64,000 nt of DNA, taken from IMG/VR virus record IMGVR_UViG_3300032086_003797, positions 64,001 to 128,000 of that record; one strand, written 5' to 3'. Each line of letters opens with the position of its first letter. The first letter of the stretch is position 1. This document shows positions 49,748-59,891 of this stretch, piece by piece. The DNA comes from a virus. Under the pieces are notes generated by a model that saw nothing but the letters and a program-made list of their open reading frames with translations, was not told the DNA's origin and did no database searches. The translations under genes and the position numbers were made by a program.

Positions 49748-50574
49748 AAATTGCACTATGTTTCCATGGCTACTTTATAAACAGCGGCGGTGATAATGCT
49801 GCCTTTGCTTCTTGGGAATACCTAAAAAGAAAAGTGATAAACAATAATAATGTAGATGTATTTTTTCACTGTTGGGAACAAGGCGACAGCGTAAAAAAAA
49901 TGATACACCATATGTATGATCCTGTCAAGATAGAATATGATAAGCAGAAAGATTTCAAAGAAGAAATGGAATCTATGGATCAATCTTGGTTTGATGACGG
50001 CTTTGACCGCAGCGGAACAATGTATAAGAGCAATTCAATATTCCAAACCTTTAGTTTTCTATACTCCCGTAAAAGAGTCCTTGAATTGAAGTCCGAGCAC
50101 GAGAGTGAAAACAACTTTACATATGATGCGGTAATATTAGCCAGGACGGATATAGGCACTAGGGGCAAAGAACACCCACAGACATATTATGTAACTAATC
50201 TTAATTTTGATCCAACCTCTGACATGAATAGACTTCACGCTGCTTATTGGAATCAGATGAACTGGGGATATGCTGACCACTGGTTTTATTCTAATAGTAA
50301 AAACATGGACCTAGTTGGCACTGCATATGATAAAATCCAGACCTATTATAAACCAGGTAGTGATTATTATAAATCTATTACAGAAGGCTGGTTTGATAGT
50401 AATGCAGAGGATGAATTTAGCAACGAGCAGGAAAAGCCAAAAGATTATCGAACAGATAAGTTAGTTAAATTTGACAAATGGCAATGTATCGATAATCATA
50501 AATTTTATAAATGGTTTTTTAATGACATCGGATTATATGATAAAACTAAGTTCGTTGATATAACAGGTGAATGA
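49744..50574 (+). CDS. Glycan-cluster hypothetical (GT-like)
   Basis: KIALCFHG, DVFFHCW, YDAVILARTD. Confidence 0.6.
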   Translation: MKIALCFHGYFINSGGDNAAFASWEYLKRKVINNNNVDVFFHCWEQGDSVKKMIHHMYDPVKIEYDKQKDFKEEMESMDQSWFDDGFDRSGTMYKSNSIFQTFSFLYSRKRVLELKSEHESENNFTYDAVILARTDIGTRGKEHPQTYYVTNLNFDPTSDMNRLHAAYWNQMNWGYADHWFYSNSKNMDLVGTAYDKIQTYYKPGSDYYKSITEGWFDSNAEDEFSNEQEKPKDYRTDKLVKFDKWQCIDNHKFYKWFFNDIGLYDKTKFVDITGE

Positions 50575-51310
50575 TATGAAAAGCACAGCTATTATCATGT
50601 ATTCGCATAGCGATTATAGTGATATATGGGAAATGTTTACAAGTCAGGTTGACAAATATTTCAAAGACATAAAAAGATACGCATTTATCGATAAAGATGT
50701 AAATAAAATTTTACCTGATCATTGGGAGCAGGTCTGCTATAACGAAGAGGAACAATATGATAGAAGAGTGCAGTCTTGCCTTACAAGTGTAAAAGAGGAA
50801 TATTGCATTTTCCATCACGAAGATATGGTCCTATTTGATACTCCAGACTACGCCAAGTTGGAAAAATGTAAATCAATTTTAGAGGATGAAGATATAAGTT
50901 ATATAAAACTTATAAAAGGTGGGTTATATAGTGATCACCATCAAGACATACAGTTCAACAACTATGATGGGATTTATTTATTAGAACATAGCACTAGCTT
51001 TATGTTTGCAGTCCAACCATCTTTATGGAGAACCGAAGACTTACTTGAGGTATATTCAGAGACAGATATTGATAAAATACATGAATTTGAAGTAATGGCA
51101 TCTCAGGTGTGCAAACAATTTAACATTGATGGTCTTTACGCATATAATGGTGAAAAGAAACGTGGCATGTTTCATTGGGATTCAAGCATCTACCCTTATG
51201 TTGCTACAGCAATCGTGAAGGGTAAGTGGAACATTTCAGAATATGAGAAAGAGATGACTCTTTTACTAGAACAGTACAATATTGAAAAAGAGGATAGAGG
51301 GTTTGTATGA
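50567..51310 (+). CDS. Glycan-cluster hypothetical (GT-A-like)
   Basis: HHED, QPSLW, IVKGKW. Confidence 0.55.
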   Translation: MNDMKSTAIIMYSHSDYSDIWEMFTSQVDKYFKDIKRYAFIDKDVNKILPDHWEQVCYNEEEQYDRRVQSCLTSVKEEYCIFHHEDMVLFDTPDYAKLEKCKSILEDEDISYIKLIKGGLYSDHHQDIQFNNYDGIYLLEHSTSFMFAVQPSLWRTEDLLEVYSETDIDKIHEFEVMASQVCKQFNIDGLYAYNGEKKRGMFHWDSSIYPYVATAIVKGKWNISEYEKEMTLLLEQYNIEKEDRGFV

Positions 51311-51843
51311 TTGAGTTAGTTATATTAGATATCGACGGAGTTCTAACGGATGGTCGAAAATATTACGGACTAGATGGTATGCCATTTGCAAAGACATATT
51401 GTGATAAGGATTTTACTGCGATCAAGCGCCTTCGTGGTGCAGGGGTAAATGTCTGCTTTCTGTCTGGGGACGATACTGTCAATCAAGCTATGGCAAAAAA
51501 TCGAAACATTGATTTCTTTTATGCCCGTGGAAAAGATAAAGCAGATTTTATTGAGGAGTTTCAAAAAAAATATAATACATCCCCACAAAACATGGCATAC
51601 ATTGGCGATGACTTATTTGATAGTAGCATATTGAAAGCTGTAACATACCCATTTTGCCCTGCCGACGCATGTGGAGAAGTGAAGAAAATTTGTACATCTG
51701 CTTATGGTTATCATAATATCCTGCGAAGTAATGGCGGCTGCAATGTTATTATGGAAATGGTTGAGGTATTACTTGAACGTGGACTAATAAATGACTGCAC
51801 TATGGAAGATATAGAAGCACTTGACAAAAAAGAAAAGTTTTGA
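51307..51843 (+). CDS. kdsC: KdsC-like HAD phosphatase
   Basis: LDIDGVLTDG, YIGDDLFD, CPADA. Confidence 0.8.
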   Translation: MIELVILDIDGVLTDGRKYYGLDGMPFAKTYCDKDFTAIKRLRGAGVNVCFLSGDDTVNQAMAKNRNIDFFYARGKDKADFIEEFQKKYNTSPQNMAYIGDDLFDSSILKAVTYPFCPADACGEVKKICTSAYGYHNILRSNGGCNVIMEMVEVLLERGLINDCTMEDIEALDKKEKF

Positions 51844-52699
51844 TTTCTGTATAGTAGGTAATATATTCCTAGATACAGTACAAGTAACTAATTCGTTCCA
51901 AGTTGGCACATCTAACTTGGGGACATCGAAAAGAACTGCCCTTGGTGGTGTTATGAACACAGCGAGAAGCCTGTGTAAAATAAATAATCATTGTAAAGTA
52001 TTTGTTTCTACAGTGGTAGGTAATGACGACCAGGGTAGGTATATCTTAGATAAACTACAAGATTTTAAAAATGAAAACAGTAACTTCGATTACCATGCAA
52101 CTCGTGTCGATGCCGCCACGACAAGTGCGCTTATAATATGTGAAGCCGACAAACAGATAAGAAGCAGTATAGTGAATTGGGGTGCTTGTAAGACAAGTTC
52201 TGATTTTTATTTACCTGAATCGAGATGGTACCACTTCATGTACCTGGACACTTTATTAGCTGTCAATAAAAATATGTTTACACAAATATCAGAAGAGAGT
52301 ATAATATCGGCAGACTTTTGTTTAGCTACTCACACTGCCAAGGAAAGAAATAGGATAATGGACTTGATAAAGAATATGAATTTTGTTATAACCTCAGAAG
52401 ATAGTGCAACAAGCATTACGGGCGAACAATATGAGATCTATTCAGCGATGACGCTAGGCGAAGCAGTTGGCTCAGCAGCAATTGTGCATAGCCCAAGAGG
52501 CAGTTTTGTTAGTGCTCAAGGAAATGATTTCATGGTCAACAGCGACTATATAAATGACGTGAAACTCGATGTACTAGGTGCGGGCGACGCATTTGCAGCA
52601 GGATTCATGCATGATACTCAGAAAAACCCAAACAATATAAAAGAAAATGTCCAGTATGCACACACTTATGCAACTAATTTTATTCAGGGGGATAAGTGA
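51821..52699 (+). CDS. PfkB carbohydrate kinase
   Basis: VGNDDQG, DVLGAGDAFAAGF. Confidence 0.85.
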   Translation: MTKKKSFDFCIVGNIFLDTVQVTNSFQVGTSNLGTSKRTALGGVMNTARSLCKINNHCKVFVSTVVGNDDQGRYILDKLQDFKNENSNFDYHATRVDAATTSALIICEADKQIRSSIVNWGACKTSSDFYLPESRWYHFMYLDTLLAVNKNMFTQISEESIISADFCLATHTAKERNRIMDLIKNMNFVITSEDSATSITGEQYEIYSAMTLGEAVGSAAIVHSPRGSFVSAQGNDFMVNSDYINDVKLDVLGAGDAFAAGFMHDTQKNPNNIKENVQYAHTYATNFIQGDK

Positions 52700-53031
52700 T
52701 GGATTTATATGCATCAACATGGAAATATTTTTCCGCATTTGAAAATAAAGATTTAGATACATTATGTGATCTGTATAGCAATACTGTGTCCTTAATAGAT
52801 TGGGATGTTGAATGCCATAGTGCGGAGAAAGTCCTACAAGCAAATGAGAGTTTATTTAGCAGTGTTGAAAACATCAAGGTTGACATTACACGTTGCTCGG
52901 TTGATAAGATGTTGTTGACCGCTACAGCAGAAATTATTATTACACTGGACGGAGAAGAGATAATAGTAGCAGATATCATCACGTTCGGTCAAGATGGAAA
53001 AATAAAAAATATTAGAGCCTATAAGGGGTAA
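52696..53031 (+). CDS. SnoaL/NTF2-like protein
   Basis: YFSAFENKD..DW..DIITF..GKI..IRAYKG. Confidence 0.7.
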   Translation: MMDLYASTWKYFSAFENKDLDTLCDLYSNTVSLIDWDVECHSAEKVLQANESLFSSVENIKVDITRCSVDKMLLTATAEIIITLDGEEIIVADIITFGQDGKIKNIRAYKG

Positions 53032-53034
53032 AAA

Positions 53035-54201
53035 ATGACAAAGAAATATAATGTATTGTTGCCTGTCGCAGGGCGAGCACAAAGATTTTTAGATAAGGGC
53101 TATACTATGCCCAAGCCGCTAATCATGGCAAATACCAGGCATGTTATTGATTGGGCTATGGATGCATTCAAGGCAGATGACTGCAATCTTATTTTTGCAG
53201 TTCGTCTAGATCATATTCACAACTTCTCAATCGATCAAATATTGAGGGATAAATTTGGTGAAGATGTAAAAATTGTTATTGTTGACCATATCACAGATGG
53301 ATCAGTGTCTACTTGCTTATTAGCTAGAGAATATATTGACAATGATTTGCCTTTGTTTATTTATACACCTGATGTATATTACGAAAACCAGTTTGACCCA
53401 GCCTCTGTACCAGAAGAGATGGATGGATATCTGTTGACATTCAAAGCAAATAGTCCAGCACACAGTTATGTTGAAATGAATGAGGATGGTTATGCAACCA
53501 GAACAGCAGAGAAAGAAGTGATTAGTCAGAACGCTGCTGTTGGTGTTTACTATTATAAAACTGGTAAGATGTTCATTCAATATGCAGAAGAAATGATCGA
53601 AGCGAATATTCGTGTAAAGAATGAGTTCTATATCTGCCCAATGTACAACCTTATGATCCGAGATGGCGCTAAGGTTGGTATCCATCAAGTAGAGAAGATG
53701 CATGTTCTGGGAACCCCACAAGAGTTGGAATTCTTTGTAAACCATGTAGCACCAAGGTTTGGGCAGAAGCCCGTAGCTATTGCTTGTGACCATTCAGGGT
53801 TTGAAGCTAAAGAGATGGCTAGGAGAGTGTTAGAAGCTAATGGCGTTCCTTATGTTGATTTTGGAACTTATGTAAACCAAAGCTGCGACTACAACGACTA
53901 TGTGTCACAAGCTATTAGAGCAATCCAGAATAACATCTGTGACTTTGGTATTGGATTTTGCCGCACAGGTCAGGGCGTAAATATATTAGCTAGTAATATG
54001 AATGGCACTATTGCGGCTTTAGTATTTGACGAGTATACAGCCGAACATGCAATGACTCATAACTGTGCTAACTGGTTTTCAGTACCGAGCAAATATGTTA
54101 GTGAATCTACGTTCGATAGGATGGTAAAGCTATGGAAGACCTCATCATTTGATGGTGGACGCCACATGACTAGAATGAGCAAAACACTAGGAACGAAATA
54201 A
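53035..54201 (+). CDS. Sugar nucleotidyltransferase fused to RpiB/LacAB isomerase
   Basis: PVAGRAQRF..PKPLI, EK, EFYI; C-terminal CDHSG, CRTGQG, FDGGRH. Confidence 0.85.
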   Translation: MTKKYNVLLPVAGRAQRFLDKGYTMPKPLIMANTRHVIDWAMDAFKADDCNLIFAVRLDHIHNFSIDQILRDKFGEDVKIVIVDHITDGSVSTCLLAREYIDNDLPLFIYTPDVYYENQFDPASVPEEMDGYLLTFKANSPAHSYVEMNEDGYATRTAEKEVISQNAAVGVYYYKTGKMFIQYAEEMIEANIRVKNEFYICPMYNLMIRDGAKVGIHQVEKMHVLGTPQELEFFVNHVAPRFGQKPVAIACDHSGFEAKEMARRVLEANGVPYVDFGTYVNQSCDYNDYVSQAIRAIQNNICDFGIGFCRTGQGVNILASNMNGTIAALVFDEYTAEHAMTHNCANWFSVPSKYVSESTFDRMVKLWKTSSFDGGRHMTRMSKTLGTK

Positions 54202-55151
54202 TGCCTGAGTACAAGGACCCAATACAAGGAGGTATCACTACCATAATACAGGGACCAATAAATGATGTGTCTCTCAAAAATATTCCTCAGTACCTCCGAA
54301 ATGGTCCTGTTGTGATACATGCATGGGATTACAATCAACAAATACCGCATTGGCGCAACTCTGAAAATTATAACAGTATATTATCACAAATAAAGGATTT
54401 TTATGGCGATCGGGTAAAAATAGTTTTGTGCCCTGTGCCACAGGAATCTAAAAATATCAAAGATATACACTCTGATCGCTGGGCTGACTGGGCGCTACAA
54501 TTTGCTAACAAGACATTCCATTTTGCAATGTATGGGATTAGTGACGCACTAAAACACGTTGAGACAGAATATGTGTTAAGAACAAGAAGCGATGAAGCGT
54601 ATTCAAACGTTGATTTATTCATAGAAGCATTATGCAGAGACCCAAAGAAATTTGTTATGGGTAATATTTTCGCTGCACCTATGAAAAATCAAGAATTTCA
54701 TATTGGTGATCACATCTATGCCTGCAAGTCAGAAGATTTATATCATGCAACTAATCAGCTAGCATCTTTTTACTATGGTTATAATAAAGATCCAAAATGG
54801 TTTTATTTCCAACGACCAATCGGTTTTGAGCAGGTATTAGCATATTCTTGGATGGACTGTACTGGCATCGACATGTCACTACCCTTACGTCCAGAAAATA
54901 TTGAATCCTTGCCGCCTATGAGAAGAGCTTCCCCAGAGCTTCGGAATTTTATCTTATCGAACAGTGTACAATCAGACATAAAAAATAGAGAAATAAGAAA
55001 GCAGGTCGCACATGATTATTTTCATGTGATAGATATCAATAAAGCACGCCCCTTTAGGGCTCGCTGGAATCATTGTGGTAAAACCTTTATAGATCAATTT
55101 CAAAATCCGCACGGGGTCTATAATACAGGAGATATGTTAGATGGATATTAG
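54201..55151 (+). CDS. WavE-like glycan protein
   Basis: IIQGP, YVLRTRSD, FHIGDH. Confidence 0.6.
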   Translation: MPEYKDPIQGGITTIIQGPINDVSLKNIPQYLRNGPVVIHAWDYNQQIPHWRNSENYNSILSQIKDFYGDRVKIVLCPVPQESKNIKDIHSDRWADWALQFANKTFHFAMYGISDALKHVETEYVLRTRSDEAYSNVDLFIEALCRDPKKFVMGNIFAAPMKNQEFHIGDHIYACKSEDLYHATNQLASFYYGYNKDPKWFYFQRPIGFEQVLAYSWMDCTGIDMSLPLRPENIESLPPMRRASPELRNFILSNSVQSDIKNREIRKQVAHDYFHVIDINKARPFRARWNHCGKTFIDQFQNPHGVYNTGDMLDGY

Positions 55152-55170
55152 AAATAAGGAGACATGCTAA

Positions 55171-55827
55171 ATGAATACGCCTAATAGAGATATAAATTTA
55201 CATCAAAGACTATTAAAACTTTTATACGATCATAATGAAGAGCATGTTGGAAGCTGCTTTACTTGTGTGGATATAATTGATAATATTTTTAAAAACAAAA
55301 ACGAAGATGATATATTTGTACTGTCAAATGGACATGCAGCATATGCTTTATATGTCGTATTAGAGAAATATTATGACCATATTGATGCTGACGCATTAGT
55401 AGAGAAACATGGTGGTCACCCTAACTGGGATGAGGATAATCACATCTATGTATCAACTGGCAGTTTAGGCTCGGGTATTGTTATTGCAGTAGGTAGAGCA
55501 TTAGCAAATCGCAACCGTAAAGTTCATGTTATGGTTAGTGATGGAGAATGTGCTGAAGGTTCCGTATGGGAAGCATTGCGATATGTAGAAGAATATAATG
55601 TTGACAATATGGAAGTTTATGTTAACGCAAACGGCTGGGCATGTTATGATCCCGTAGATGTGGAATACTTAGAGCGACGTTGTAAAGCTTTTTTGCCAAG
55701 GATTCATTTTCATAAAACCGATGTCAACTCATATTTCCCATTTTTGAAAGATCTTGATGCACACTATTGCAAGCTTTCAGCGGAAGATTATAAACTAGGT
55801 ACGGAGATGTTGAATAATGAGCGTTAG
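55171..55827 (+). CDS. Transketolase N-terminal (ThDP-binding) subunit
   Basis: HVGS, LSNGH, STGSLG, SDGECAEGSVWEA. Confidence 0.9.
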   Translation: MNTPNRDINLHQRLLKLLYDHNEEHVGSCFTCVDIIDNIFKNKNEDDIFVLSNGHAAYALYVVLEKYYDHIDADALVEKHGGHPNWDEDNHIYVSTGSLGSGIVIAVGRALANRNRKVHVMVSDGECAEGSVWEALRYVEEYNVDNMEVYVNANGWACYDPVDVEYLERRCKAFLPRIHFHKTDVNSYFPFLKDLDAHYCKLSAEDYKLGTEMLNNER

Positions 55828-56299
55828 AAAAACATTTGTCAGTTTACTACATGAAGAAATGAAACAGAACGACAATATTGTATTTGTTGTTGGTGATTTG
55901 GGATACGGACACTTTGATGAGATCCGAGAAGAGTTCCCAGACAGGGTTATCAACCCAGGGGCGGCAGAACAGTTAATGATGGGGATGAGTATTGGCTTAG
56001 CTCAGGAGGGCAAGCTTGTAGTATGTTATTCAATGACGCCATTCACATTATATCGACCATTTGAATTTATTAGAAACTATGTTGACTATGAGAAGATTCC
56101 AGTCAAATTAATTGGTGCGGGTAGGGATAAAGATTATCTTTGGTTAGGCTGGTCACATTGGGCGACTGATGACAAGGAACATCTTAGCGGCTTCAAGAAT
56201 ATTGAAAAGCACTGGCCTGAAGACCCCGAAGATATGAAACGCTTATTTAAAGGTATCATGTATAACGGGAAACCAACTTATGTGAATTTGTCAAGGTAA
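55817..56299 (+). CDS. Transketolase pyrimidine-binding subunit (no C-terminal domain)
   Basis: GDLG, GAAEQ, RPFEFIR. Confidence 0.88.
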   Translation: MSVRKTFVSLLHEEMKQNDNIVFVVGDLGYGHFDEIREEFPDRVINPGAAEQLMMGMSIGLAQEGKLVVCYSMTPFTLYRPFEFIRNYVDYEKIPVKLIGAGRDKDYLWLGWSHWATDDKEHLSGFKNIEKHWPEDPEDMKRLFKGIMYNGKPTYVNLSR

Positions 56300-56306
56300 G
56301 ATTATA

Positions 56307-57173
56307 GTGTCAAATTTAAACTTAGGAGAAATTGAAATAAAGCGAACTATTTTCAAACCTCTACATTACTGGCCTATATACCAAGAGTTATTTGAGAAGA
56401 TAAATAAATCGCATGACAAAAAAGAAACTCTTAAAATATTTGAAATAGGCATAGCTGATGGCGGATCTATTGAAATGTGGTATAAGATATGTAAACAATT
56501 AGGTATAGATGTTAGCATAACAGCTATTGATGTCAGGCTATCTGATAAACTTCGTAATAATATACAACAAGTCACAACTAACGATGGGAGTGTGCTTCTT
56601 GAGCCCTGCAATTCAAATTCTATTGAACACATAAATGCCATTTTGGGAGATAATAAATTTGATCTTATTATTGATGACGGAAGTCACCAATCAGACGATA
56701 TAACCAAGTCGTTTCACAATTTGTTTATTGACAGGCTAAAGGATGGTGGTATATATATAATAGAAGACCTACATTCTCACTATTGGCAAAAACAAGCAGA
56801 GGCGAGTGATTCTGCCTCTAATTTGATTCGTGCCTTAATGGATGCACAAAACTTCTGGTCGCTCACTAAAGGTGTTGCAAGATACAAGGTAGCTGAGAGA
56901 TATTTTGACAAGATAAATAAAATAGAGACATATGACAGTATCGTGTTGATCCATAAAGGTAAAACCTATAGAGATAGGAGCCAGTATGAAAAGCTTGGTG
57001 CCGCTGAAGACAGATATTGTTATTTAGGCTGTCCAATTGGATCTCCAGATGGTAGTATTATAAGATACGGTAGGGTAAGTAATAATTTAAATTCACAGAT
57101 AAAACTCAAAACAGCACTAACGGAAGAATACAGTTTGTTGTTTGACAGAGGGGTAAGCAAAGATGAATATTGA
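56307..57173 (+). CDS. Class I SAM-dependent (O-)methyltransferase
   Basis: EIGIADGGS, DLIIDDGSH, GGIYIIED. Confidence 0.85.
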   Translation: MSNLNLGEIEIKRTIFKPLHYWPIYQELFEKINKSHDKKETLKIFEIGIADGGSIEMWYKICKQLGIDVSITAIDVRLSDKLRNNIQQVTTNDGSVLLEPCNSNSIEHINAILGDNKFDLIIDDGSHQSDDITKSFHNLFIDRLKDGGIYIIEDLHSHYWQKQAEASDSASNLIRALMDAQNFWSLTKGVARYKVAERYFDKINKIETYDSIVLIHKGKTYRDRSQYEKLGAAEDRYCYLGCPIGSPDGSIIRYGRVSNNLNSQIKLKTALTEEYSLLFDRGVSKDEY

Positions 57174-57945
57174 TCTGATCATCCAAGGACCCGTTCATGG
57201 TAATAATGCCTTCTTATCGAAAATGGATAATTTGTGCAAGCAATTTAACAAAGTTATAATTTCTACATGGGACCATGAAGATTCAGCCGCTTGGGTAGAA
57301 AAGTTATCAGGTTATAACAATGTGGTAATAACCTCGCAGAAGCTACCTGACCGCCCTGGTCTTAAGGGACCGTACAGGGGGATTGCTACAGGGTCCACAT
57401 TTTATTGGGCTTGCTTATCAACATATAACGGACTAAAAGAATCATCAGCAGAATATGTGGTCAAGATGCGCTCAGATGAATATTATGAAGATTTTACAGC
57501 TTTCAAGTTAGAACTAAAAAAAGCAAACCACAAGTTTGTCTGTGGTAATATATTTTATAAAAGATGGTATAGGAGTTCCCCTTATCATATTGGAGATCAT
57601 GTATATGCTTGTAAAAGAGAGGGTCTACAGAATGGTCTAAAAATGGTGCTGGACTATTATAACCATGTTGAATGGCACAAAGAAATAGAATATAAAGAAG
57701 ATATATCACAAGACCTGACCTGTGCCGAGATTGTCTTAGCGCACACTTTTCTAATCGGATCAGGGATACCTAGAATCGAATGGTTCGCCGTGGGGGCGAC
57801 GCTCCAGACAGCCCCTGCATTTGATAAATATTTCAAAGTTATTGATATTAATAAATTAGGAGAATATGTTGCTCGATGGGAGGGTAGCAATATTACATTT
57901 AGACATGATACATCCCCATTTATACATTCTCATTATGACAGGTAA
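57163..57945 (+). CDS. WavE-like glycan protein (paralogue of 54201)
   Basis: IIQGP, ISTW, YVVKMRSD, YHIGDH. Confidence 0.6.
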   Translation: MNIDLIIQGPVHGNNAFLSKMDNLCKQFNKVIISTWDHEDSAAWVEKLSGYNNVVITSQKLPDRPGLKGPYRGIATGSTFYWACLSTYNGLKESSAEYVVKMRSDEYYEDFTAFKLELKKANHKFVCGNIFYKRWYRSSPYHIGDHVYACKREGLQNGLKMVLDYYNHVEWHKEIEYKEDISQDLTCAEIVLAHTFLIGSGIPRIEWFAVGATLQTAPAFDKYFKVIDINKLGEYVARWEGSNITFRHDTSPFIHSHYDR

Positions 57946-57948
57946 AGC

Positions 57949-58587
57949 ATGTTTATAGACGACAAAAGAAAAATAATATTTGTACACAACCCAAAAGCAG
58001 CAGGGTCTTCAATTCATATACTGCTTAAGGATTTGTATGAACTTAGAGACACCGATAGGCACGACCCAGAACCACACATACACCACATGAGTTACCAACA
58101 AATCCTAAATTTAAAACCTGAATACTATGGATACTATTCATTTGCTGCTGTTAGAAATCCTTGGGCTAGATTATTATCAGGCTATATGGATTTTGTACAA
58201 AATAGAAAACATGAGTACTCTGGTTTGATACGATATGATGAGCCATTATTATCTGAGTATAAGGATTTTAAAGATTTTGTTATGAGGATTGGCGAAGGCA
58301 AATGGATAAACGATGTTCATTTCCTCCCTCAGCATGTTTATACTCATGCAGAAGATAAAGTTGTCGATATGATCCTAAGGGTAGAAAATATCAATATGGA
58401 TATTCAAGCACTTATGAATAAAATAGGATTTAAGTATTACCAGCACTTATTCGGCGCTCATTGGCAGAGACACAGATCCACTAAGCACGGACATTATACA
58501 GAGTATTACGACGAACAAAGTGCAGCTAAAGTAGTTGAATTATATGCAAAAGACATAGAGCTATTTGGGTATCAATATGGAGAATAA
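57949..58587 (+). CDS. Sulfotransferase (family 2, carbohydrate type)
   Basis: FVHNPKAAGSSI 5'-PSB loop, VRNPWARLLSGY 3'-PB, HFLPQ, YAKDIELFGY. Confidence 0.88.
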   Translation: MFIDDKRKIIFVHNPKAAGSSIHILLKDLYELRDTDRHDPEPHIHHMSYQQILNLKPEYYGYYSFAAVRNPWARLLSGYMDFVQNRKHEYSGLIRYDEPLLSEYKDFKDFVMRIGEGKWINDVHFLPQHVYTHAEDKVVDMILRVENINMDIQALMNKIGFKYYQHLFGAHWQRHRSTKHGHYTEYYDEQSAAKVVELYAKDIELFGYQYGE

Positions 58588-59452
58588 GTGCATAGTATCG
58601 CAAATACATATTCCTGATCATGACCCTCAAGGTAGTTTAGGGTTTCTAGCTAAGCAGGAGATAATTGATACAAACATACAAAGCTTAAGAAGAAACAATC
58701 CAGATGCATACATAATTTTAGTTGGTCATGGACATGAGCCTTATGACTCTACTAAAGATGTTTGTGATAAATTTATTTGGGAAGACTTGCACCCAATCGA
58801 CGGTGGCGGCACGGTAATAGGGATGCCAGCCCAATATAAGTCTGTATCGCTAGGAATAGAACACGCAAAAGAAAAAGGCTTTGATTATTGTTTGAAAACT
58901 AGAGGTGACTCTATAATAGCAAAACAAGATATTATATCATACTGCCACGACATAATAAAATCAGAAGATAAGATGATTCTCCTAACCCAGCAAACTGGCA
59001 AGGAACTATACAAATTTGGCGATTGTTTTATGTATGGAGAAATAGACCTATTGAGTTCTATATGGGATGCAGCCAACCCCCCGTTTCATGCCGATGGCTT
59101 AAGGCACACAGGCATATCGTTTGTAAAGCATTTCTCTGGTAAGGTTCCTCCTATACCATATAACCCACAAGCAATACTTTATGAAGATAAAAACTGGACA
59201 GATCTTTTGAAAGAATATTGTTCGTTTAGGGACATTGGTGAAATAGGGTTCTGTGATCTTAGGTGGAATTATAACCAGATGCAGCAAAATTGGAAAAACA
59301 ATAAACAACAAATATTAGACCTTGAATACGACTTTGAAGAAATATACTGGGGTCGAAGTAATGGATGGCACAACTTCAATAGTATGGGTCAGGTAGTAAG
59401 TCATGGTGGTATGTGTCACTGGGCATATACTCAAGCGGAGTTTTATAAATAA
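58577..59452 (+). CDS. Glycan-cluster hypothetical
   Basis: YCLKTRGD, GDCFMYG. Confidence 0.55.
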   Translation: MENKCIVSQIHIPDHDPQGSLGFLAKQEIIDTNIQSLRRNNPDAYIILVGHGHEPYDSTKDVCDKFIWEDLHPIDGGGTVIGMPAQYKSVSLGIEHAKEKGFDYCLKTRGDSIIAKQDIISYCHDIIKSEDKMILLTQQTGKELYKFGDCFMYGEIDLLSSIWDAANPPFHADGLRHTGISFVKHFSGKVPPIPYNPQAILYEDKNWTDLLKEYCSFRDIGEIGFCDLRWNYNQMQQNWKNNKQQILDLEYDFEEIYWGRSNGWHNFNSMGQVVSHGGMCHWAYTQAEFYK

Positions 59453-59453
59453 A

Positions 59454-59891
59454 ATGTTATTGATTTCACATAGAGGTAACTTGTTCGGACCTAATGAGGT
59501 TGGAGAAAATAATCCTAAAAAGATAGCTGAGTTAATTGATCGAGGTATCCATGTGGAGATCGATGTCTGGTCTATCGATAATAAAATGTACCTAGGGCAC
59601 GATAAGCCGACACATTTTGTTACCACTGATTTTTTATTACATCCAAATTTATGGTGTCATGCTAAGAACATTGAAGCACTAGAACATCTCTTAAACGTAG
59701 GGGCGCACTGCTTTTGGCACGAAACAGATTCTTACACTGTGACAAGTGATAAAATTATTTGGACATTTCCAGGTAAACAACTTACCCCAAGATCTGTTAT
59801 AGTATGTCACTCGGAAGAAGAAACCGAGGCAGTTATGAAAACAAACGCATATGGCGTCTGTAGTGATTATGTGGGGTATTACAACAAATGA
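59454..59891 (+). CDS. Minimal GDPD-like phosphodiesterase
   Basis: ISHRGN, EN, VEIDVW, LGHD, GVCSD. Confidence 0.75.
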   Translation: MLLISHRGNLFGPNEVGENNPKKIAELIDRGIHVEIDVWSIDNKMYLGHDKPTHFVTTDFLLHPNLWCHAKNIEALEHLLNVGAHCFWHETDSYTVTSDKIIWTFPGKQLTPRSVIVCHSEEETEAVMKTNAYGVCSDYVGYYNK

